Shown: positions 42,901 to 54,961 of the stretch, one piece after another
Layout of the letters: every line of letters begins with the position of its first letter
Numbering within the stretch: position 1 is the stretch's first letter
Assembly: GCA_002269645.1 (NCBI GenBank)
Contig: NIVC01000282.1
Span: forward strand, 124,001 to 188,000
Source of the DNA: Macrostomum lignano
Taxonomy: Eukaryota
Reading direction: 5' to 3'
DNA length: 64,000 nt
Translations under genes and position numbers: made by a program
Notes under the pieces: model-generated
The model's database searches: none
What the model saw: only the letters and a program-made list of their open reading frames with translations
What the model was told of the DNA's origin: nothing

Positions 42901-45900
42901 CAATTAAAGGCACACTTTCGATGTGAGGGGATCAGTTAGCCCTCGGCTATATCGTCCCATCCCATACCCTGTCCCAGGGTGTACAGCGGCACTGACTTTC
43001 TAATCGTCAGGCATGTACAGTCTGCGATTTGGATCTGCATCCCATGTACAGTCGCTTCTCTACCCTAACCCACGCCGCAGCACCCCTCTTGGCGCTTCGC
43101 CGCCGGTCACGTGACCAACCCCCCGCTGCGCGACGCGTCGGCCAAAGCCGCTTTAGCCGCCCGGCTAGGCGGCCTGAACTGCGGCCAGCCTTTGGCCGTG
43201 TGCGCCAGCGGTCACTGCGCCTACAAATCCGAGCAGCGAGCGCTCGGCCGCGACGATTTCCGCAAAATCCCGCCCGGCATCAACGGCGTGGAGGACCGGC
43301 TGAGTGTCGTCTGGGAGACCTGCGTCGAAACTGGCGCCATCGATCCCTGCCAGTTCGTGGCCGTGACCTCCGCCAACGCCGCCAAGCTGTTCAACATCTA
43401 CCCGCAGAAGGGCCGCATCGCCGTTGGCAGCGATGCTGACGTCATTGTGTGGAATCCCGCCATCTCCCGGTGAGTGCTGCCTGTTGCTGTTCATCTCCCG
43501 TAAGCTTCTTTTCATTTTGTGCAGTTGTCCGCTCTGAGTCTGAACAAACTATCTACCATGCGTCTATCTGTACCCTGCATTTATCTGTACCATGGCTCCA
43601 TCTGTACCCTGCATCCTTCTGTACCCTGCATCCATCTGTACCCTGCATCCATCTGTACCCTGCATTTATCTGTACCAGCTGCATCCATCTGTACCCTGCA
43701 TCCATCTGTACCCTGCATTTATCTGTATTATGGCTACATCTGTACCCTGCATCTATCTGTACCCTGCATCCATCTGTACCCTGCATCCATCTGTACCCTG
43801 CATTTATCTGTACCAGCTGCATCCATCTGTACCCTGCATCCATCTGTACCCTGCATTTATCTGTATTATGGCTACATCTGTACCCTGCATCTATCTGTAC
43901 CCTGCATCCATCTGTACCCTGCATCCATCTGTACCCTGCATTTATCTGTACCAGCTGCATCCATCTGTACCCTGCATCCATCTGTACCCTGCATTTATCT
44001 GTACCCTGCATTTATCTGTACCAGCTGCATCCATCTGTACCCTGCATCCATCTGTACCCTGCATCCATCTGTACCCTGCATCCATCTGTACCCTGCATCT
44101 ATCTGTACCCTGCATCCATCTGTACCCTGCATCCATCTGTACCCTGCATCCATCTGTACCCTGCATCTATCTGTACCCTGCATCTATCTACCCTGCATCT
44201 ATCTGTACCCCTCATCTATCCACTCAAAACACAATTCGTACATTGCATATATATTTGCTTACTATAAAAAATCCAGAGCATGATATGGCATTAAGGGTAA
44301 GTGTTTGCCAATATTTTCTGTCTAATTAATTTCTATAGCGCATTTATACTATCATAATATTAGACTAGCTAAATTAATAGACACAAGATTAGCACTTTTC
44401 AATGCAGGATGAGTGTTGCTGTTGACGTGTGGCTCTACTGCTGAAAAAGCATTCGATCTTTTTATATTTGGTGCAGGTGTCGTCACTCTTGGTGAAGCAG
44501 CTTTTCAAATTCATTTTCTCAATCATATTTTCATTCTTGTTGCTCCTTTTTTGGAACTGCTTTAAAATCAAACTTTAAAGTCATGCTGATACTGATAGCA
44601 AATAGTGAAAAAGCTGGTTTTCAAAAACCGTAAATTACTGTAGAAATTGGAAGTCACCTAAAATTATGAAAGTAATGTTAGAACTTAGATTTTACATAAT
44701 ATTTTAATAATTATATTAACTATTAACTATATAACTTAATTTTTTATAATTAGCCATATAAACTTACTTTGTTATACGAGCGTAATTTGCCATATAAACA
44801 ACTCAAGTTTGCTGTAATTGGTCATATAAGCAACAACACAGTTTGTTATAACTGGCCATATAAATAACTCAGTTTGTTATCATTGGCCATATAAATAACT
44901 CAGTTTGTTATAATTGGCCATATAAATAACTCAGTTTGTTATAATTGGTCGTCATATAAACAACTCAGTTTGTTATAATTGGTCATACAAACAACTCAGT
45001 TTGTTATAATTGGTCATATAAACAACTCAGTTTGTTATAATTGGTCATATAAACACTCAGTTTGTTATAATTGGTCGTCATATAAACAGCTCAGTTTGTT
45101 ATAATTGGTCATATGAACAACTCAGTTTGTTATAATTGGTCATATAAACACTCAGTTTGTTATAATTGGTCATATGGATAACTAAATTTCAAAATTAACA
45201 ATCCGGAAATTACGAGACTGGCGTTATAACAAAGTAATTTATTTATTTAACAAAATATGTACCTCCTTTACCCCAAGGACCATCTCGGCCAAGGCGCACC
45301 ACGAGACCAGCGATTTCAGCGTATTCGACGGTTTCGCCTGCCACGGCGTCCCCGAGTTTGTCATCAGCGGCGGCCGTCTGGCCGTTGACGAGCGGCAGCT
45401 GCGCGTCACCCAGGGCGTCGGCCGTTTCGTCTCGATGCCGCCGTTTGGCATGCACGCCTACGGCCGGGTGGATCGGCGGGAGCGGGCCAAGGCCGCCAGC
45501 CAGCTGCCCGTGACCAGGGCTGCCTATGATGGGCCGGTGGTTGAGCTCAAGTCCGACCAGGTGAGACTGCTGCCAGGGATTGGCTCTGTGTAACACCAGG
45601 GATTGGCTCTGTGTAACACCAGGAATTGGCTGCGTAACACCAGGGATTGGCTCTGTGTAACACCAGGGATTGGCTCTGTGTAACACCAGGAATTGGCTGC
45701 GTAACACCAGGGATTGGCTCTGTGTAACACCAGGGATTGGCTCTGTGTAACACCAGGAATTGGCTGCGTAACACCAGGGATTGGCTCTGTGTAACACCAG
45801 GGATTGGCTCTGTGTAACACCAGGGATTGGCTCTGTGTAACACCAGGGATTGGCTCTGTGTAACACCAGGGATTGGCTCTGTGTAACACCAGGGATTGGC

Positions 45901-47109
45901 TCTGTGTAACACCAGGGATTGGCTCTGTGTAACACCAGGGATTGGCTCTGTGTAACACCAGGGATTGGCTCTGTGTAACACCAGGGATTGGCTCTGTGTA
46001 ACACCAGGGATTGACTGTGTGTAACACCAGGGATTGGCTCTGTGTAACACCAGGGATTGGCTCTGTGTAACACCAGGGATTGGCTCTGTGTAACACCAGG
46101 GATTGGCTCTGTGTAACACCAGGGATTGGCTCTGTGTAACACCAGGGATTGGCTCTGTGTAACACCAGGGATTGGCTCTGTGTAACACCAGGGATTGGCT
46201 CTGTGTAACACCAGGGATTGGCTCTGTGTAACACCAGGGATTGGCTCTGTGTAACACCAGGGATTGGCTCTGTGTAACACCAGGGATTGGCTCTGTGTAA
46301 CAGCAGGAATTGGCTGCGTAACACCAGGGATTGGCTCTGTGTAACACCAGGGATTGGCTGTGTAACACCAGGGATTGGCTCTGTGTAACACCAGGGATTG
46401 GCTCTGTGTAACACCAGGGATTGGCTCTGTGTAACAGCAGGAATTGGCTGCGTAACAGCAGGGATTGGCTCTGTGTAACACCAGGGATTTGCTCTGTGTA
46501 ACACCACGAATTGGCTGCGTAACAGCAGGGATTGGCTCTGTGTAACACCACGAATTGGCTGCGTAACACCAGGGATTGGCTCTGTAACACTTGGGATTGA
46601 CTCTGTAACACCAAGAATTGACTGTGTGTGACACCAGGGATTGACTCTCTATAACACCAGAGATTGACTGTGTGTAGCACCAGGGATTGGCTCTGTGTAA
46701 CACCAGGGATTGACTCTGTGACACGAGGGATTGGCTCTGTGACTCTGAAATGTCTTAATTGATTCTATAGATTTAATCTGTAATAGCTTGACTGGTTCTG
46801 TAGTGTCTAAATTGAATGTCGGGCTGCATTTCAGATCTGTTTATTACAAGCCTGAATTCACCTAGCCAGGTTCAATAACCCACCACCCAACCCCCTCTCG
46901 CCCCGCAGGCCTCCGCCCCAACGCGGCCATCGAACCCCATCGCGCATGACGACTTCCGTCAGCGCCCGCCAACCCGCGGCGGCGGCCGGGACATGCAGGA
47001 GAGCTCCTTCAGCCTGTCCGGCGCTCAATTCGACGATAAGCGACCGTCCAAGTCGGGCATTCGCACCAACCAGCCGCCAGGCGGGGCCAGCTCTGGTAGT
47101 CTCTGGTAG
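39999..47109 (+). CDS. CRMP: Dihydropyrimidinase-related (CRMP/UNC-33-type) protein; exons 39999-40221, 41051-41460, 42190-42456, 43081-43469, 45278-45560, 46909-47109
   Basis: KKVPLHLQSAQNRLLIKGG, GGIDAHTRFQMPF, ALAGGTT, VHAENG, PPGINGVEDR, KGRIAVGSDAD, C-tail SFSLSGAQFDD..PPGG; splice phases consistent (1,0,0,2,0). Confidence 0.92.
40295..41025. repeat. Intron-1 minisatellite, 20/24-bp units based on CTATCCTGACCCATCTCGGG
   Basis: Direct reading. Confidence 0.93.
41473..41735. repeat. Intron-2 minisatellite, 42-bp unit ATAAGCGATAGACATGTGTAAATAATTGATGGACAGGTGTAC
   Basis: About 6 copies starting 12 nt after the donor. Confidence 0.93.
41795..42165. repeat. Intron-2 minisatellite, 23-bp unit CAGACAGGTGCAGGCATACAGAT
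   Basis: Direct reading. Confidence 0.93.
43560..44220. repeat. Intron-4 minisatellite, ~17-bp unit ATCTGTACCCTGCATCC
   Basis: Direct reading. Confidence 0.93.
44830..45180. repeat. Intron-4 minisatellite, ~31-bp unit AAACAACTCAGTTTGTTATAATTGGTCATAT
   Basis: Direct reading, ~11 copies. Confidence 0.9.
45570..46745. repeat. Intron-5 minisatellite, 23-bp unit CCAGGGATTGGCTCTGTGTAACA
   Basis: About 50 copies starting ~10 nt after the donor. Confidence 0.96.
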
Positions 47110-48159
47110 CCTGCCGGGCCATGGACTGCTAGTTAGTTAAATGACACCTGGATTGGTGACAGCTTTTTCTCATAATTTGTGTTTTTAACGCGCATGTCGC
47201 TTGATTGCCGTGTTTTTCTTGCGTTTTCTGTGTTTTTTATCAAGGACAAAGCCTTGTTTCTAAGAAAGTTTTAAAGGCTAGAATCAATGTGTCACGTTTA
47301 CTAATACCTTTAATTTTATTTATTTGATTTCTATTTACATTTGCAATCTCTGCAATACATTTATGATTGATATTATTAGGATGAGTAATAAAAGCTCGCA
47401 AGGATACTCGGAAAAAACTAGTTGAAGTTTTTTATACTATTATGATTTTTTATGATCGGTTTTAAGTCATAAATACATATTTTAGTGGTATTCAAGCGCC
47501 TATTGCGGAACTTTTTGTTTTTTTAGTTTATTTAAAATTATAACTGTTATACTCGCTCATTAGCTACTGTTGTAGTAGTGTTTTATGGTCATCTATATGC
47601 ATATTTACATTTGCTATTTATTTAGTTATTTGCTAGTTTTGGCTTGTCCATGACAGGCTGATTAAATGTCATTTATAATTTATTGCTGTTATTTTAGCCG
47701 GTTAGCGTTAATTATGGCTTGCTACCTGCCCTGGTACGAGTAATTCTTCTTTGCAATAGCAATCGCGTGAAGGTCGACACTGTGTATTTGCCCGCTATAG
47801 TCTTCTTGGTTTAGTCCTCTTTTTTATTTCACTTTTTATTGCTTTTTTATTTGAGAATCTCAATCAAGCTGAATATTGATACGGTACTATATGTGTCTGT
47901 CTTGAGCGCATGTGAAGATAGACAAAGGTTTTCCTTCCATTTATTGCTAGTAATTAATATAAACATACATATATATATAATTGCGGTTACGATTGTGCTG
48001 CATTGTTACCCTTGCAATCCTTTTTTATTTGGCTTTTAAGCGCACATTACAGCTTGAAATGGATATTCCAGATCTGTGTTCAATTTTTTTAATTCAAATA
48101 TCTGTAGCTGTTCAAGTCCTGACTGTAGGAATGATTTTTTTATTAGAGGCTGGATGGCT

Positions 48160-48400
48160 CGTGCGCCCAAGCGCACTTTAAGCGACATTGTCACACAACC
48201 GGCGAGAGGCATTGCTGCCGGCCATTCCGCCGACTCCCCTGAGCAGGCACGCAAGCGCGCGGATACGTGTGCAGTCATACGCACAGGCACACACTCACAC
48301 AGGAGTGTACAGCGGCCCTAACTTTGTTTATCGTTAGGCATGTACACTTCACTGTGCCTTCGAGCCTAGGCTGCTGGCACATCATTAGGACCACTAGAGC
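48160..48400 (-). mobile_element. SINE copy (same family as 26068), internally deleted, reverse orientation
   Basis: Reverse complement matches ..GGCACAGTGAAGTGTACATGCCTAACGATAAA..GGGGAGTCGGCGGAATGG.. Confidence 0.8.
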
Positions 48401-48632
48401 AAATCTGAATAAATGATTCCAGGTGAAGTTCACGACGCGCTTCGCACTCTTAGGTGCAGCGTTAGGTTGAAGCGAAAAAGTAAACAAAAACAACAAATAC
48501 ATATTTAGAATTTTGGATGTGACTAAGAGAGATTGTGAGTAAATATTTTGTATTCACAGTCAGATTTGGCTGCTGATAGGATCCATATCCACACAATTGC
48601 CAGCTCTGGATGAGCGGAAGACTACAACAGAT

Positions 48633-49655
48633 CATAGGCGTAGAAATGAGGGGGGCCAGTGAGGCCTTTTTAAAATGGGGGGGGCAGTAATGGTATCTTG
48701 GCGCCTCCACATTTTAAATGTAAAATGTAGATTTCTTGCTTATTTTTGGTTTTTGCTGCTTTGCATGAATGCATTTTGCTGCAGGGTGACAAAACATAGC
48801 GCCTGCAGCTCCAAAATGAGTGCCTGCGGCGCTAAAATGAGTGCCTGCAGCTCCAAAATGAGTGCCTGCGGCGCTAAAATGAGTGCCTGCGGCGCTTTAT
48901 AAAATGAGTGCCTGCGGCGCTTTATAAAATGAGGGCCTGCGGTGCTAAAATGAGTGCCTGCGGTGCTAAAATGAGTGCCTGCGGCGCTAAAATGAGTGCC
49001 TGCGGTGCTAAAATGAGTGCCTGCGGTGCTAAAATGAGTGCCTGCGGCGCTAAAATGAGTGCCTGCGGTGCTAAAATGAGTGCCTGCGGTGCTAAAATGA
49101 GTGCCTGTGGCGCTAAAATGAGTGCCTGTGGCGCTAAAATGAGTGCCTGTGGTGCTAAAATGAGTGCCTGCGGCGCTAAAATGAGTGCCTGCGGCGCTAA
49201 AATGAGTGCCTGCGGCGCTAAAATGAGTGCCTGCGGCGCTTTATAAAATGAGGGCCTGCGGTGCTAAAATGAGTGCCTGCGGCGCTTTATAAAATGAGGG
49301 CCTGCGGTGCTAAAATGAGTGCCTGCGGCGCTTTATAAAATGAGGGCCTGCGGTGCTAAAATGAGTGCCTGCGGCGCTAAAATGAGTGCCTTCGGCGCTT
49401 TATAAAATGAGGGCCTGCGGTGCTAAAATGAGTGCCTGCGGCGCTTTATAAAATGAGTGCCTGCGGTGCTAAAATGAGTGCCTGCGGCGCTTTATAAAAT
49501 GAGTGCTGACAAGATGGATTCTGAAAATAATCGGTACATGATAATGTGCATTTTCCAAATCTAACTCGACGGGGGCGTGCCCCCTGTGCGCCCCCCCCCC
49601 AAATCCGTCACTGAACCTGCCCCCCCCCCACTTTTTGAAGCGTTCCTACGCCTTA
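48633..49655. mobile_element. Non-autonomous TIR element (CATAGGCGTAG...CCTACGCCTTA) carrying an internal 21-bp satellite array; flanked by the direct repeat TACAACAGAT
   Basis: Direct repeat at 48623-48632 and 49656-49665 (TSD 8-10 bp depending on the TIR end); G-run/C-run subterminal arms. Confidence 0.8.
48800..49510. repeat. Array, 21-bp unit GGCGCTAAAATGAGTGCCTGC
   Basis: Direct reading. Confidence 0.95.
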
Positions 49656-50837
49656 TACAACAGATGTTGCTATAGTTGTCAAGCAATCTTGTCACTAGCT
49701 TACATGTACATGTAAACTAGCTTAAAAATATTCTTGAGGCAACATAGTGGCACAGGTAGTGTTCTCAGTGTTATCTGAGAATGAGCAATAGTGAGCACTG
49801 ACGGGTTTCTGTGCACACTTTTAAAGTAAAAAATCGACCCTAATTGAACATTGCCCACTGGCTATGGACTCGAGTGCATATGCCAAATCTTATTGTACAT
49901 ACGATACGAATTATGACTGCTCACTTTCTTCGTCTCATCAGAAATGTTATATATTACCTCGTATATTCGTTGTCATTGTTTAATTTGACGGCTCGACTCA
50001 CTGATTTTATGAATCTATTTTATCATTGTGACACCTTTCAGTTGCACAGTAATAAGCTAAGAATGATAAAATACTGATAGATTAATGAAACCAATGAGTC
50101 GACCTGTGTTAATTTTATGATTTATGATTATTATAGATATTATTATTATAGATATTATTATAGATATTATTATAGATAGATTAATATATAATCCTACTTT
50201 TCCAAACGAAAAGCTCTATGAACATCAATAGAACTATAAGAAATGCAAAAATGATCAAAAGATGAACAATGAAAAGACAAATTTGAATGCAAGAGTAGGT
50301 TATCATGCCACGGATTGTGCTTCTTGAAGGGCGAGTGCTCCCTTTTTCTTTTTCCTCTCTTTGACAACACCTCTGTCTCAAGCATCCGAGTAAAGAAATT
50401 CAACTCTGTAGCTACTCAGAAATTCAATGTAAATTTTTGTTGCTTCTGTAGCATAAAAGAACGAAACTGTTGTAGTATTGTACATGTATTTTATTGTATG
50501 GTTGTTGGATCCAGTATAAGAATAATAACAGTTTTAAAATTACCAACGTTTTTTACCCGTGACATTTCACTTTTATTTTCCAGCTGACAAAATTTTGGAA
50601 TTTTTTGCTTAAAATTTTTTATGTCGGATTTTTATTAATCCTAAACGCAGTTTATTACAGAAAGCACACTGCACGCGGAAATCAAATTTCTGGCAAAAGA
50701 TATAACTAGAGAGTAATGTATTGGAATAGACGGTTGGACACATTTAAACAAAATAATTGTTTGCTGCCAGCTATGTTTTCTGCGTCTCTCTTTTAATATG
50801 TTCTTTATGTTTGGTCACATGATAATGGGCCAGACGC

Positions 50838-52924
50838 ATGAAGCACTCGGAAGTGGAGGCCTTCATCAGGTCCAGGTAAGCTCAGTCTGTATTAGCTCTG
50901 CGTTTGATTTAAAAATGGGAGTCGCTCGTTACCGCAGTAAAATGTTAACTGCATCATTTCTTTCGCTTCACAGAATCAAGGAGCTATGCTCTGGCAGTCG
51001 AGAGTGTTCTCAAAGTCGTATCGGTCAATCAATAAAAGTTGATCAGCTTGGCGACACTGACAACCAGGTTGGGATCGCGCCACTTGAAGAGAGCGAAATG
51101 TGCGCGACAGAGCAACGCAAAGGCAACGCCGATCAAAATATTGATAAAATCGTTCGCGAAAGAGTTTTCAAGTCAACTAAAAAAGAGGTCAAATACTCTT
51201 CGATGCATGATAAATTCACTCGACTAATCACTCAACTCGTCAAGGAGCTCGCTACGCTGATAAAGAAAATGTTGAAAATAACAATTATTGACATTGGAAC
51301 TGGCGGCTCTAAGGACAGCAGAAACAATCAGCTGAACGAAGGCCACAAGATGTCCTCACTCGTGCTAATGGAGACTCGTAGCAGTGGTCAAAGCGGCAGC
51401 ACTGCAAGCAATGTCGAGCAGCTTTATTCGGAAACGGACCAACTTTTTGAACACATCGGAACAGCGTTCGGTGACGGAGAGGTAGTTTCTGATCGGAAAA
51501 TAGAAGACGGTAAAGAGCACAGGCATGGAAAAGGCAATGATGGCGGTCTAAATAGCATTGAGCACAGCGTTACTGGGAAGTCAATTTTATCCCTGCTTTT
51601 TGCCTACACATTAAGCGGAATTCAACTTAAGCACAGTACAAGCCCTGCGAAACGATTTCTACTCATGCTTTTAGCTGAAGTAAACAAAGTCAACTGCGGC
51701 AGTTCATTAAAGAAGAGCATGCTTAGCGGCGCCTCTGATAAGCAGGGTGGAACACATGGCGATAAGGATGACGGAATCGATGAAGGAGATGGCGAAGGAT
51801 TCAGTGGTGGAGGTGGCGGTGCAGGAGGCGGTGTAGGAGACGGTGGAGGCGGTGGAGGAGGCGGTGGAGGAGACGGTGGAGGAGACGGTGGAGGCGGTGG
51901 AGGAGGCGGTGGAGGAGACGGTGGAGGAGACGGTGGAGGAGACGGTGGAGGCGGTGGAGCAGACGGTGGAGGCGGTGGAGGAGGCGGTGGAGGCGATGGA
52001 GGAGACGGTGGAGGAGGCGGTGGAGGCGGTGGAGGAGGCGGTGGAGGAGACGGTGGAGACGGTGGAGGAGGCGGTGGAGGCGGTGGAGGAGGCGGTGGAG
52101 GAGGCGGTGGAGGAGGCGGTGGAGACGGTGGAGAAGGCGGTGGAGGAGGCGGTGGAGGAGACGGTGGAGGAGACGGTGGAGGAGACGGTGGAGGAGGCGG
52201 TGGAGGAGGCGGTGGAGGAGGCGGTGGCGGTGGAGGAGGGGGTGGAGGAGGTCAAATAATTGCTGGTGGGTGCCGCAATCGGCAGACGGACTTAAAAACA
52301 GTCTTAGAAAGCTACGGATTTCAAACTAAAGCGGCATATATCATTTCCGTTAGTTCTCTAGTGGATTCGACAGGGCAAATATACAGGATGCAGGCCACTG
52401 ATGAAATTACGGCATCAATCGGAAAAATTATCCGAAGGCTACGCCTTGACTTGAAGGATCATCTCAAGCCGAGCACTGCTGCAGATCTGGACCAACCCTC
52501 CTTAGCACGATTTATGAGCCCACAGTCTGGCCTTGTTGCTCAGTTTCTTGTGGACTTTTGCTCAATTAGGGTTGACTACATGATGGCTCTCCTTCATCCC
52601 AGGGCAGATGTAAATCTATTCATAGTGCAGGGCAGCCTTGACCACAGAGACGCGAATGGCCGAGTGTTTAGTTTACCAGAACGAATTCACAACAGTCACG
52701 AGAATTGCCTGTACATCTGCAGCCACTCGGTCACCGAGGACATGCAGGGCAGCGACTTTTTCAGCTGTTTTAGCGAGCATGTAGAGAAGAATTCGTGGAA
52801 TCAGGTGAGCGAGGAGTTTACGCTCACAATGGCGCACGTGCGTGGCATAACGCAGCTTCAAACAAACAGAATTCGAAATCCGTTCTTTGACAATTACCTT
52901 TGCAAGCAGTTGTACCTGCAATGA
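50838..52924 (+). CDS. Paralogue A: ankyrin-less Gly-linker + degenerate caspase-like protein (exons 50838-50875, 50974-52924); may be a truncated duplicate or pseudogene
   Basis: 50826-50890 is nearly identical to 55515-55580, including the GTAAG donor; phase-2 intron 50876-50973; the C-terminal ~200 aa align with paralogue B. The ATG at 50838 is inferred. Confidence 0.6.
51800..52255 (+). repeat. Coding poly-Gly/Asp repeat (GGA/GGC/GGT/GAC codons)
   Basis: About 150 codons, in frame within paralogue A. Confidence 0.9.
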
Positions 52925-53044
52925 CAGAGAGTTGAAGATTTCTTACATTTTTTACATGCAAAATTAAAGTTGAGATTGTCTTTAGTTGCTGATAACTTTG
53001 ACACTTTATCTGCAATCCATTATACTAAAAATCAAAACTATGTA

Positions 53045-53053
53045 CCTACCTAC

Positions 53054-53089
<36 letters not shown>

Positions 53090-53090
53090 A
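53045..53090. repeat. (CTAT)n microsatellite
   Basis: Direct reading. Confidence 0.9.
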
Positions 53091-54961
53091 GGAACCTTCG
53101 TTTAACTTGACTGCTACTTCTACTAAAGTATAACCCTAGGGTTCAGAATGTGAAGACCGTACCGTCCTCTGTCGTTACTTCTTTGTTACTTTCATTATGC
53201 TAAACTTTGCGATGGACTCGGAGCTTGTGTTTGTACTTTGATGTACTTTTAGATCTGTTTTAATCTTCTAGATATTTGAGGACTGTCCTGTCATCCGCTG
53301 CAGAGATGATCCAATTCTATCGTGTTTCCCCGATCCTCTTGCTTTGTGACCTGCGGATTGCTGCCTTGGCGACAGTTTTTGCAACCTGCGATGGGCATCA
53401 TCTGTAGATAAACATCTTTAACTTGCATAGCTGGCCTTTGTTCTGCCTTTAGCATATTTTTTCAGATGTATTTATTCACCGTACTGGGTCGCTGTATCTT
53501 TGAACTATCAAGAATCGTATACGTTTGAAGTTCATATTGCATACTTTATTGGGGCACAGCTTAAGGCTGAGCTTATGGCCTGTCCTTGCTTCAGAAACAT
53601 TACGATGTGTATTTCCTGCGTCAGATTTTTGAGGCAAAAGTTTTCTAAAAGTAAATGTTCACTTTTCAGTTTCGAAATCATAACAATTCCAGATCAGAAT
53701 TTCACGATGATATTTACTTGGGCATATGATTGTAAGCAAAACACCGGAAACTCAAGTTTCATAACTTTTAGCCAGCATATTTTATGACTGAATTTTTGTC
53801 GTTTTAAACGCAAGAAGTAGCTACATGTAGCTTGTTGGAATTTCTATAAACGTGCTATCATAATCTTCTGTTCGACTTCAGCAACGATTTGGAACTATTG
53901 AGGTCAACGTAATACGTCCCATACATATTTACATGTAACAAAAGTCTTGCTCGTAAGTTATTGCCACGTTTAGCCTAGCTTTTTTGCTCGAATTTTGGTT
54001 GCTTTAGCATTAACTGACTGAGTTTGACAGTTTCACTTCTGCTATGCAGGCACAAAGGTCAGCGATCTGAGTGTGTTAACGAAGCGTCGAAATTCGAAAG
54101 ACTGAAATTCTTTAAGTGCGAGCTAGCATCCCAGAGTTTAAAGTTTTAGCGCTTTTTACTACCGACAACCATTTTTAGTACATGGGCATCATTTACTATT
54201 TTAACCCCACTCGTACACAATAAGCAAGCTGCAAAGCAAGTACACAATAAAACATCATCAGAGAGTTTTCATAAAGAGATGCTTTAGGCTGAACTAGTAA
54301 TATACATAAAGTATTCTTATATAGAAGACTCATTTTGAGAGCACTGCACCGAACCTTGTTGAGTAGAAATGACGCGATATGTATAGAATCGCTGCATAAT
54401 AGACGAAAGAGCGTTGTTGTCTGTCATAACAAGAAACGACTGCACAGAAAAACACTTTTTGCTCTGCGAAGTTATAAACGTATTTAACCAATCTCTAACA
54501 ATACAGCACACAACTATTAGAAGAAAGACAGTCCAACAGTTCAAGTGTTCTACGGTAAACATATGTAAGTTTTTCCCCACGAAAATATTTGAACATTATT
54601 CTAGAAGCGAGTACTTACCTCTGGAAGTATCCCCCTAGACGCATGAAGTAATCCCTAGCGCTGAATGGGGATTTGTTATAGACGAATTCGGTCGGGAAAT
54701 ACCCGATCTCGAGGACATACTAAATGCTCCAACGATGCAAAAATATACCTTCCTTATAGGTCTTAATCTCATTTCCCAGAAAATCGTGGTAGCGTCGTCA
54801 CTCTACTTGAGCTGTCCATGCATATCTGCTTAAAAGTCGACGAGAGCGTTTGTCTATGGTCGAAACGAATTTAAAATATAAGCTAGAAATTTGATTATTG
54901 AAGCGTGCAAGCAATATTAAATGATTATAGCATTGTTGATTGGCAGGCAGAACAGGCAGAA

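Noticed and set aside
44830-45180. CRISPR-like array (31-bp unit with internal AACAA/TTGTT hairpin), and other 23-42-bp arrays
   Set aside because: Units are head-to-tail with no unique spacers, there are no cas genes, and the context is a eukaryotic intron
45243-46724. Minus-strand ORFs up to 493 aa
   Set aside because: Antisense translations of the intron-5 23-bp array and CRMP exon 5
50798-50973. N-terminus of the 708-aa ORF as given in the track
   Set aside because: Reads through a phase-2 intron (50876-50973) defined by homology to paralogue B
54616-54772. Possible minus-strand exon (ATG...AGAG|GTAAGT) divergent from the ankyrin gene
   Set aside because: Only ~51 codons, no homology recognised and no convincing downstream exon
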